DNA from: Thermoleophilaceae bacterium
GTDB lineage: Bacteria; Actinomycetota; Thermoleophilia; Solirubrobacterales; Thermoleophilaceae
NCBI GenBank assembly: GCA_035553855.1
Contig: DATMJO010000163.1
Coordinates: 1,403-65,402 of the forward strand
Direction: 5' to 3'
DNA: 64,000 nt
Shown: piece by piece, positions 18,032 through 25,457 of the stretch
Layout of the letters: the number at the start of each line of letters is the position of its first letter
How positions within the stretch are numbered: the stretch's first letter is position 1
Made by a program: the position numbers and the translations under genes
Notes under the pieces: model-generated
Databases searched by the model: none
What the model saw: the letters and a program-made list of their open reading frames with translations, nothing else
Told to the model about the DNA's origin: nothing

Positions 18032-18918
18032 GCCAGCGCCTCGACGAGCTCGTCCTTGGTCATGTCGGCGCGCCCGGGGATGTCCGCCTTCTTTGCCCGC
18101 TCGTACAGCTCGGCCTTCGTGAAGGCCTCCAGCGCCTCCGAGCCGCCGGCGCCGTTGCCGCCGCCGTCGAGCGAGGCCTTGAGGGCCGCCATCAGATCGG
18201 GTGCCTGCTTCGGCTTCTCGGGCCTGGGGGCGCTCTTGACCTCGCCCGTCTCGCGCTTCTCGCGGATCACCTCGCAGAGCGTGTCCCGGTAGGTGTCGTG
18301 GTATTTCTCGGGCTCGAAGCTTCCCGCCAGGCGCTCGATCAGGTCCTTGGCGAGGTCGAGCTCGGCCTTCTCGATCCGCGGGGCGTCGGGGGCGACGTCC
18401 CCCGCGTCGCGAATCTCGTCGTGGAAGTACATCTTCTCGAGCGCCAGCGCGCCGTCGCGGACGCGGAGGCAGCCCAGGTGCTGGCGATCGCGCATGACGT
18501 ACTTCGCGATCGCGGCGCGGCCCGACTCCTCCATCGCTCGCACGAGCAGCGCGTACACCTTCTCGCCCCCCTCGGCCGGGCCGAGGTGGTAGGTGCGCTC
18601 GAAGTAGACCGGGTCGATCTCCGAGACGTCCACGAAGTCCTTGATGTCGATGGTGCGGTAGCCGTCCTCCTGCGCCCGCTCGAAGTCCTCGTCGGCCATG
18701 ACCACGTACTCGCCGTTCCAGTCGAAGGCGCGCGCCACCTCGGAGTCGTCGACGGACTTGCCCTCCTCCTTGCAGTACTTCGCGTAGCCGATCGGCGAGC
18801 CGTCCTTGACGTGGACGTAGTTGAAGTGGAGCTTGTGCTCGGAGATCGCGCTGTACATGCGCACCGGCACGTTGACGAGGCCGAAGGAGATGGCGCCTGA
18901 CCAGATCGCTCGGGGCAT
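18028..18918 (-). CDS. ku: Ku DNA end-binding protein (NHEJ) with a C-terminal HeH/SAP-like tail
   Basis: MPRAIWSGAISFGLVNVPVRMYSA is the canonical bacterial Ku N-terminus. The start is taken at the internal ATG at 18918. Confidence 0.93.
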   Translation of the reverse strand: MPRAIWSGAISFGLVNVPVRMYSAISEHKLHFNYVHVKDGSPIGYAKYCKEEGKSVDDSEVARAFDWNGEYVVMADEDFERAQEDGYRTIDIKDFVDVSEIDPVYFERTYHLGPAEGGEKVYALLVRAMEESGRAAIAKYVMRDRQHLGCLRVRDGALALEKMYFHDEIRDAGDVAPDAPRIEKAELDLAKDLIERLAGSFEPEKYHDTYRDTLCEVIREKRETGEVKSAPRPEKPKQAPDLMAALKASLDGGGNGAGGSEALEAFTKAELYERAKKADIPGRADMTKDELVEALA

Positions 18919-18957
18919 GACCCCTCGCATACCCGCCCACGGCGGGGTCACACACGC

Positions 18958-20601
18958 TCAGCGCGCGGAGGCCACCTCGACCGTGACGCGCTCGCCCAGA
19001 TCGCCGTCCGACAGGCGCGCGCGCAGGACCTTCTTGTCGAACTTGCCGACGCTCGTCTTCGGCACCTCGTCGATGAAGGCGTACTCGTCCGGCACCCACC
19101 ACTTCGCGACGCGGTCCCGTAGGTGCGCGCAGAGGTCATCCGCGCTGCACGCGCAGCCCTCCCGCAGCACCACGCACGCCAGCGGGCGCTCGGTCCAGCG
19201 CTCGTCCGGCTTCGCGATCACGGCGGCCTCGACGACGTCGGGGTGCGCCATCAGCTCGTTCTCGAGGTCGACGGACGAGATCCACTCGCCGCCCGACTTG
19301 ATCACGTCCTTCGCGCGGTCGGTGATGCGCACGAACCCGCGGTCGTCGATCGCCGCGATGTCGCCCGTCCGCAGCCAGCCCGAGTCGAACTTGTCGGCGT
19401 CCGAGGGATCCTCGTAGTAGGACGACGCCACCCACGGGCCGCGAACCTGGAGCTCGCCGGTCGACTCGCCGTCCCACGCGACCTCGGCGCCGTCGTCGTC
19501 CACGAGCCGGGCCTCGACGAGCGGAACCAGCCGGCCCGCGCGCGAGCGGTAGTCCCAGTGCTCCTCCCCTTCGGCGTCCGCGGGCGGCGCCGCCACCGAG
19601 CCCAGCGGGCTCATCTCGGTCATGCCCCAGGCCTGGACGATCTTGACGCCGTGGCGCTCCTCGAATGCCTGCATGAGCGACAGCGGCACTGCGGCGCCGC
19701 CGCAGATCACCACGCGCAGGCTCGAGAGGTCGGGCTTCGCCTCGTCGGCGTAGCGCAGCATGTCCATCCAGATCGTCGGCACGCCGGCGGCGACGGTGAC
19801 CCGCTCCGACTCGATCAGCTTCGCGAGCGGCTCACCCTGGAGGAAGCGGCCCGGCATCACGAGGCTCGCCCCGGTGAAGCCGCAGGCGTACGGCAGCCCC
19901 CAGGCGTTGGCGTGGAACATCGGGACCACCGGCAGCACGCGGTCGTCCGCCCCGATCCCGAGCGTGTCGGCGAGGCACGATGCGAGCGAGTGGAGGACGT
20001 TCGAGCGGTGCGAGTAGAGGACGCCCTTCGGGTTGCCCGTGGTGCCGCTCGTGTAGCAGAGGCCAGCCGCGGTACGGTCATCGAGGTCCGGGTAGGCGAA
20101 GCCCGCGGGCGCCCCGGCGAGCAGATCCTCGTAGCGCAGCACCTCGCCCGGCAGGGCCGACGCGTCGGCGTCGCCGATCACGACCCAGTGCTCGACCGTC
20201 TCGAAGCTGCCCGCCACCTTGGCGATGAGCGGCACGAGCGAACCGTCGACCACGACGACCTTGTCCTCGGCGTGGTTCGCCACATAGGTGAGCTGCTCGG
20301 GAAAGAGCCGGATGTTCAGCGTGTGGAGCACGGCGCCCATGCAGGGCACGCCCAGGTACAGCTCGAGGTGCTGCTGGTTGTTCCACGAGAACGTGGCGAC
20401 GCGGTCGCCGGGCCCGACGCCGAGGCCGGCGAGCGCCGCGCAGAGGCGGTCGATCCGCGACCCGACCTCCGCATAGGACGCGGAGCTCACGCCGTCGCCC
20501 TCGAGCGTGACCGCGCGGCCCGCCGCCCCCACCGTCCGCATCCGCCGCAGAACCGTCTGGGTGGTCAGCGGGAAGTCGTGCTGCATCAGCCCCTCGAGCA
20601 T
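18958..20601 (-). CDS. long-chain fatty-acid--CoA ligase (AMP-binding, FadD-like)
   Basis: YTSGTTGNPKGV (AMP motif), GWLRTGD and SVGKFDKK are present. Confidence 0.92.
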   Translation of the reverse strand: MLEGLMQHDFPLTTQTVLRRMRTVGAAGRAVTLEGDGVSSASYAEVGSRIDRLCAALAGLGVGPGDRVATFSWNNQQHLELYLGVPCMGAVLHTLNIRLFPEQLTYVANHAEDKVVVVDGSLVPLIAKVAGSFETVEHWVVIGDADASALPGEVLRYEDLLAGAPAGFAYPDLDDRTAAGLCYTSGTTGNPKGVLYSHRSNVLHSLASCLADTLGIGADDRVLPVVPMFHANAWGLPYACGFTGASLVMPGRFLQGEPLAKLIESERVTVAAGVPTIWMDMLRYADEAKPDLSSLRVVICGGAAVPLSLMQAFEERHGVKIVQAWGMTEMSPLGSVAAPPADAEGEEHWDYRSRAGRLVPLVEARLVDDDGAEVAWDGESTGELQVRGPWVASSYYEDPSDADKFDSGWLRTGDIAAIDDRGFVRITDRAKDVIKSGGEWISSVDLENELMAHPDVVEAAVIAKPDERWTERPLACVVLREGCACSADDLCAHLRDRVAKWWVPDEYAFIDEVPKTSVGKFDKKVLRARLSDGDLGERVTVEVASAR

Positions 20602-20668
20602 CTTCTCTCCTCGTCGTCGCCTGGCGCGGGAGCATGACGACGCCGCTGCGAGGCGGCAACCCCGCGCG

Positions 20669-21388
20669 TCAGTCCGGGGCGCCGGCGATGCGCTGGTCGG
20701 GCCCGAACATGGGGACCAGCGTGCAGGTCTCGAACAGGCGCGAGGCGGAGCGCCCGCCGATGTGGTCGCCGAGCTTCTGCGGGTCCTCGACGTCGGCCGT
20801 GACGATGAGCGCCCTGCGCGACTGGTAGCGGCCGTTGATGACCGAGTAGAGCTGCTCGAGCACCCAGTCGCTCTGACGTGCGACCGCCGCGTCGTCGAGC
20901 ACCAGCAGCTCGACCGCCTCGAGCTGGTCCATCAGCGCGTGGACGGTCACGTTCGGGTCCGAGTAGGTCGCGTGGATCCGGCGCATGAGCTGGGGCGCGT
21001 CATAGACCGCAACGCTGCGCCCGGCGCGCATGGCCTCCTGGGCCACGAGCATCGCGAGCGTGGTCTTGCCGGTCCCGGTGGAGCCGAAGAAGAGGAGCCC
21101 GCGTCCCTCCGCGAGCCGCTCGTCGACCGCGCGGCAGTAGCGGCGCACCTCGCTGACGATCTCGCGGTCCATGTCCTTGACCGGGTGGCGGTCGAAGCCG
21201 ACGTGGCGGAAGCGCTCCGGGATCGTGCTGGACAGGCTGCGGCTGCGGGCGGCCGCGACCCGCTGGGGCCGGCAGCGGCACGGCACCGCCTCGTCCGCGT
21301 CGTCGATCAGGAAACCGGTCCCGTCGCACTCGCCCAGCGGGCACACACCCGGGACCGGACCGCGCAGGTGCGGGTTCTGTGCGAGCAC
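20669..21388 (-). CDS. DnaC/IstB-like AAA+ ATPase with an N-terminal Cys cluster
   Basis: Walker A is GSTGTGKTTLA and Walker B is LLVLDD. The N-terminus is CPLGECDGTGF..VPCRC. Confidence 0.8.
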   Translation of the reverse strand: MLAQNPHLRGPVPGVCPLGECDGTGFLIDDADEAVPCRCRPQRVAAARSRSLSSTIPERFRHVGFDRHPVKDMDREIVSEVRRYCRAVDERLAEGRGLLFFGSTGTGKTTLAMLVAQEAMRAGRSVAVYDAPQLMRRIHATYSDPNVTVHALMDQLEAVELLVLDDAAVARQSDWVLEQLYSVINGRYQSRRALIVTADVEDPQKLGDHIGGRSASRLFETCTLVPMFGPDQRIAGAPD

Positions 21389-21478
21389 CCGGCCAGTGAA
21401 GCACGCGCGCCCGACGCCGTCGCGGGCCCATGGTCGTATTTGCGGGTTTCTCCTTCGGCGCCCGCCTTGCGGCCTCGC

Positions 21479-21667
21479 TCATCCCTCTCCCTCCTCGCCG
21501 TCTGCGGCCCCGGGCGGGTCGTGGTCGGGATGCCCGGTCCCGTGCCCCTCGCCCCCGGCGCCGCCCGCGCTGCCGGAGTCGCGGTCCGCGCCGGTGTCGT
21601 CGACGACCTGCCCGGGAGGGCCCTCCTCCGGGAGCTGGTCGGACTCGGCCGGAGGCTCCTCGGACAT
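21479..21667 (-). CDS. small acidic low-complexity protein (hypothetical)
   Basis: MSEEPPAESDQLPEE... has an ATG overlapping the CsbD stop (TGATG). Only the coupling supports this call. Confidence 0.35.
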   Translation of the reverse strand: MSEEPPAESDQLPEEGPPGQVVDDTGADRDSGSAGGAGGEGHGTGHPDHDPPGAADGEEGEG

Positions 21668-21855
21668 CAGGTCTCGCGCTCCAGGTCGGCGACGCGGGCG
21701 GCCTCGTCCTCGACGCGCTCCTCGGCCCGGGCGAGGTTCTCCTTCGCCTCCCCCTTGCGCTCCTCCTTCGCACCCTCCCGCCGCAGCGAGGGGTCGTCGG
21801 CCAGGTCGCCTGCCGCCTTCTTGGCGCGGCCCGTGATCTTGTCGATGATGCTCAT
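21667..21855 (-). CDS. CsbD-family general stress protein
   Basis: MSIIDKITGRAKKAAGDLADDPSLRREGAKEERKGEAKE is a classic CsbD repeat. Confidence 0.85.
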   Translation of the reverse strand: MSIIDKITGRAKKAAGDLADDPSLRREGAKEERKGEAKENLARAEERVEDEAARVADLERET

Positions 21856-21918
21856 CTCGGCCTCCTTGTCGTAGCCGTGTACGACGGACGAGTTCCCGAT
21901 GAGCGGCAGCGGAAACCG

Positions 21919-22857
21919 TCAGGAGAGATCGAGTCCGGGTGGCGACACTCCCTCGTCGATCAGCGCCCAGATGTCCGCCGCTCGGCGCGGATCGAGGAAC
22001 ACGTGGTGCTGGCCGACGCTCTGCTTCGCGGCGAGCAGGCCCGCGACCACCAGGCGCTCGCCGATGTCGAGGGCGAGCGCCCGGTCGTTGCCCTCGAAAC
22101 CGCGTGCGAGGTGCCGGAACTCGGTGTGGTAGCCGCCCCATTTCCCCATACCCGCGAGCCGCTGCAGGATGCGCCGGGCGATCCGGCGCTCCGGGACCGG
22201 GTCGGCGTGGGGCCGCGCCGTCGCCGGCGCGCCGAGCATCGCGTCGAGCGCGTCGGCATGCTCCTCGACCGAGGCGGGGTCGGCGGGATTGCCCCCCGCG
22301 CGCGCCACCGCCTCGGCGACCGCGAGCGGTGCGGGCCTGCCGGGGGGCGCCCGCAGGTCGGCGACGCCCTCCACGAGCGGGGGCCCGACCGCCACCGCCG
22401 CCGCGCGCAGGCGGTCGATGCCGGCGACGGCCTCGGCGAACGCCTCCACCGCGAGATCGGGGAGCGGCTCCTGGGCCGGGAGCCAGAGCGTGAGATGGCC
22501 GTCGAGGCTTCCGGCCAGCATGACCGGTCCCGGGTCCGGCTGGGCGTCAGCGCCGATCGCCAGCGCGTACACGAGCGCCGCCGTGAAGAGCCAGGCACGC
22601 TCGCTCGCTCGGGCGGGATCCGCGCGCAGCCGTTCCTCCACCGGCGCGACGCCGAGCAGGCCCGGCCGCCCGTTGTGAGCAGCCTCGGCGATGACCGCGA
22701 CGACCGGTCTCTCGCGGCTGCCGGAGCGGTTGAGCTGCAGTTCCTCCGTGTCGGCTGCGAGCCGCTCGGCGAGCAGGCGGCGGAGCTGGGCGGTCGCGCC
22801 CCTGGGCGCAGATGCGCCCCCGGCCTCCGCGAGCGCGGCGCGAAAGGCGTCGTCCAC
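21919..22857 (-). CDS. hypothetical protein
   Basis: The composition is protein-like and the start GTG lies 3 nt after the amine-oxidase stop. The C-terminal GKWGGYHTEFRHLARGF segment is not confidently assignable. Confidence 0.6.
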   Translation of the reverse strand: MDDAFRAALAEAGGASAPRGATAQLRRLLAERLAADTEELQLNRSGSRERPVVAVIAEAAHNGRPGLLGVAPVEERLRADPARASERAWLFTAALVYALAIGADAQPDPGPVMLAGSLDGHLTLWLPAQEPLPDLAVEAFAEAVAGIDRLRAAAVAVGPPLVEGVADLRAPPGRPAPLAVAEAVARAGGNPADPASVEEHADALDAMLGAPATARPHADPVPERRIARRILQRLAGMGKWGGYHTEFRHLARGFEGNDRALALDIGERLVVAGLLAAKQSVGQHHVFLDPRRAADIWALIDEGVSPPGLDLS

Positions 22858-22859
22858 CG

Positions 22860-24227
22860 TCAGGCGAGCGCCGCGAGCGCCTCCGCGGCCGCATGCTCCC
22901 CGGAGCTCACCGCCCCGTCCATATAGCCGTTCCAGACGACGGCCGTTTCCGCCCCAGCCCAGTGCAGCGGTCCGATCGGCTCCCGCAGGGCACGGCCGTA
23001 GGCGGTCCAGCCGCCGGTCGAGAACGCGCAGCCGTAGCAACCCCTCGTCCATTCCTCGTCGGCCCAGTTGCGCTCGACGAAGCGCTCCGGCTTGGCCGCT
23101 CGAGGCCCGAACAGCCGCGCGAACCCGCCGACCACCGCCTCGCGCCGCACGGACGGGTCGGCCCTGCCGAGCTCGCGGGCGTGCTTGCCCTCGAGAAAGC
23201 CGAGGATCACCCCGGGAGAGCCGTCCGGGGGGGAGTTGTCGTAGGTCAGCTTCGCCGGGCCCACATCGCTCAGCGCCTGACCCGAGAGCCCCTCGGAGCG
23301 CCAGAACGGCTCGTCGTAGATCGCCATGCACTTGATCACCGAGCCCTGCGGCATCCGCTGCGTCATGCCGTCGCGATAGCCGGGGAGCGGCGGGTCATAG
23401 GCGATGCGCGCCGTGATCACCGGGGGCATCGCGAGGACCGCGCGCCGAGCCCGCACGTCGAGGCCGTCGCACTCGAGCTCGACGGCCGAGCCCGACCAGC
23501 GGATCCGCCGTACCGGCTGCTCGAGCTCGATCCTGTCCTCGCCGAGCCGCTCGGCCATCCGGATCGAGATGAGCTGCGAGCCGCCGTGGAAGCGATCCTG
23601 CTGGGCGCCGCCTTCGGTGTCCAGCAGGATGTCGAAGCCGCCGGCCGAGCGGATGTAGAAGAGCATGTGGAGCAGGGAGAGATCCTCCGGCTCTATCGCC
23701 CAGACCGCCTCGATCCCGAGCCGCAGGAGATCACGCGCTCCGCGCGTGACGAGGCCTCTGCGCATCCAGCTCGCGGCCGTCTGCCCGTCGAGGCGCTCCG
23801 CCCCGGGCGCCTCCCACGGCGCCTCCGGCGGCACCTTCCGCGCCAGGCGGCCGAGGCGCGCCTGAGCCTGGGCGATGTCGGCGAGCACGTGCGGGCCGAG
23901 CTTCGGGATCGTGCCCCGGTAGCGCCGCTTCGAGCCCGACCACTCGACGAGGTTCTCGCCCGCCGTCCACGTGGGATAGGTCTCCACTCCGAGCTCTCGC
24001 GCCAGCTCCGCAAGGCGGTCCTGCGTCGGGCCGATCCACTGGCCTCCGACCTCCACGACCTTGCCGTCGCCGATGGGCTCGTTGAGGGTGCGCCCGCCTA
24101 CGCGGTCGCGCGCCTCGACCAACACCACAGTGGCCCCTGCGGCCTCCACGGCCCTTGCCGCGGCGAGCCCTGCGAGGCCGGCGCCGACCACGGCGACGTC
24201 GGCCTCACGCGTACGGCGCTCCGTCAC
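22860..24227 (-). CDS. flavin-containing amine oxidase (MAO-like)
   Basis: DVAVVGAGLAGLAAA, RVGGRT and WAGAETA (C-terminal FAD motif) are present. The start is taken at the GTG of VTERRTREADV. Confidence 0.9.
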   Translation of the reverse strand: MTERRTREADVAVVGAGLAGLAAARAVEAAGATVVLVEARDRVGGRTLNEPIGDGKVVEVGGQWIGPTQDRLAELARELGVETYPTWTAGENLVEWSGSKRRYRGTIPKLGPHVLADIAQAQARLGRLARKVPPEAPWEAPGAERLDGQTAASWMRRGLVTRGARDLLRLGIEAVWAIEPEDLSLLHMLFYIRSAGGFDILLDTEGGAQQDRFHGGSQLISIRMAERLGEDRIELEQPVRRIRWSGSAVELECDGLDVRARRAVLAMPPVITARIAYDPPLPGYRDGMTQRMPQGSVIKCMAIYDEPFWRSEGLSGQALSDVGPAKLTYDNSPPDGSPGVILGFLEGKHARELGRADPSVRREAVVGGFARLFGPRAAKPERFVERNWADEEWTRGCYGCAFSTGGWTAYGRALREPIGPLHWAGAETAVVWNGYMDGAVSSGEHAAAEALAALA

Positions 24228-24287
24228 GGCGGTGACCCTAGTTGAATTGCGTGTTGGTCGCGCGGGATGCGCGGGAATGAGCGGTGA

Positions 24288-25100
24288 ATGGTGTCGCAGG
24301 ACGAAAATGTCGGGACGGTCGAGCTGCTCCTGGGCGACAGCCGGGATGCCGCGACCCTCAGGCTCACCGCGGGCGACCCAGGCGTCGCGGTGATCAGGCA
24401 GTTCGTCGGCGGCATGGCCGAGGCGCTCGGCATCCATCCCGCCGGGGCCGAGGACGTGAAGCTCGCAGCGACCGAGGCGGCGACGAACGCGCTCATGCAT
24501 GCGTGGCCCGACGGCGAAGTTGGCCGGATCGAGGTCGTGCTCCTGCGCGACTCGGGCGGCGTCGTCCTGACGATCTCCGACGACGGGACGGGCGTGACGG
24601 GCGAGGGGCACGACGCCGAGATCGGTTTCGGCCTGTCGCTGATCCGGGCGGTGGCCGACGACGTCGACGTGCGCGAGGCCAAGGGCGGCGGCACCCGCGT
24701 GGAGGCGCGCTTCCGCGATCTTCCCCGGGCTGAGGCCGTCACCGACAGCGGGCACTCCCCGGCGCTCCGGCGCGTGCTCGCGATGATGGCGGCGCAGTGC
24801 GGCTTCACGATGGACCGGCTCTCCGACGCCGTGCTCGTCGCCGAGACGCTCGCCGCGCACGCAGGCGCGCACAGCGTCGACGGCCGGGTGAGGGTCGCGG
24901 CGGAGGACGGCGCAGGCGATCTCCGCCTCCTGGTCGGCCCGCTCACCCGGGGCGGAGGCCAGGCCCTTCTCGACGAGAGCACGCTGCCGGCCTTCGGAGG
25001 CGTCCTCGAGCGCCTCGCGGACGGCGTGGAGGTGGATCGGGGCATCGGCCCGGCCGGTCCGTGCGAGTACCTTCGCGTGCGAATCTCCTCGCGCCGCTGA
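24288..25100 (+). CDS. anti-sigma factor serine kinase (RsbW/SpoIIAB-like HATPase) with a 120-aa C-terminal extension
   Basis: LAATEAATNALMHA (N box) and DDGTGV..GFGLSLI (G boxes) are present. It lies upstream of a STAS gene. Confidence 0.8.
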   Translation: MVSQDENVGTVELLLGDSRDAATLRLTAGDPGVAVIRQFVGGMAEALGIHPAGAEDVKLAATEAATNALMHAWPDGEVGRIEVVLLRDSGGVVLTISDDGTGVTGEGHDAEIGFGLSLIRAVADDVDVREAKGGGTRVEARFRDLPRAEAVTDSGHSPALRRVLAMMAAQCGFTMDRLSDAVLVAETLAAHAGAHSVDGRVRVAAEDGAGDLRLLVGPLTRGGGQALLDESTLPAFGGVLERLADGVEVDRGIGPAGPCEYLRVRISSRR

Positions 25101-25130
25101 CGACGCCCGGCAAAGCTACGATTCCAGCCG

Positions 25131-25457
25131 ATGGCCCTACTTGACCTGAATGTGGAGAACAGCGACCGCCGCGCGCGCGTCGAGCTCCAGGGTGAGCTCG
25201 ACATCTCGAGCGCTGCGCGGGTCGAGGAGCAGATCGAGGCACTCCAGTCGGAGGGCCTCGACCTCCTGGTCCTGGATCTGCGTGGCCTCAGCTTCATGGA
25301 CTCCACGGGGCTGCGCCTGGTCGTGAGAACCGACGAGGCGGCACGCGCCGAGGGAACCAGCTTCGTGATCGTCCGCGGGCCGGAGGCCGTCCACAGGGTG
25401 TTCGAGATCGTCGGCCTCGCGGACCGGCTCCAGTTCGCGGACGAGCCTCCGGTCTAG
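25131..25457 (+). CDS. STAS-domain anti-sigma-factor antagonist
   Basis: DLRGLSFMDSTGLRLVV carries the conserved phosphorylatable Ser in the DST motif. Confidence 0.88.
   Translation: MALLDLNVENSDRRARVELQGELDISSAARVEEQIEALQSEGLDLLVLDLRGLSFMDSTGLRLVVRTDEAARAEGTSFVIVRGPEAVHRVFEIVGLADRLQFADEPPV

Noticed and set aside
20669-21388. The IstB-like ATPase could be the helper gene of an IS21-family insertion sequence.
   Set aside because: No IstA transposase ORF is adjacent, I could see no terminal inverted repeats, and the flanking genes are ordinary chromosomal genes. It is therefore called a DnaC/IstB-like ATPase and not a mobile element.
21389-21481. An ATG overlapping the acidic mini-protein stop (MSEAARRAPKEKPANTT...) could be an alternative N-terminus of the DnaC-like gene.
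   Set aside because: It is in a different frame from the ATPase and continues as an Arg/Pro-rich shadow ORF (21000-21773). No frameshift signal is evident.
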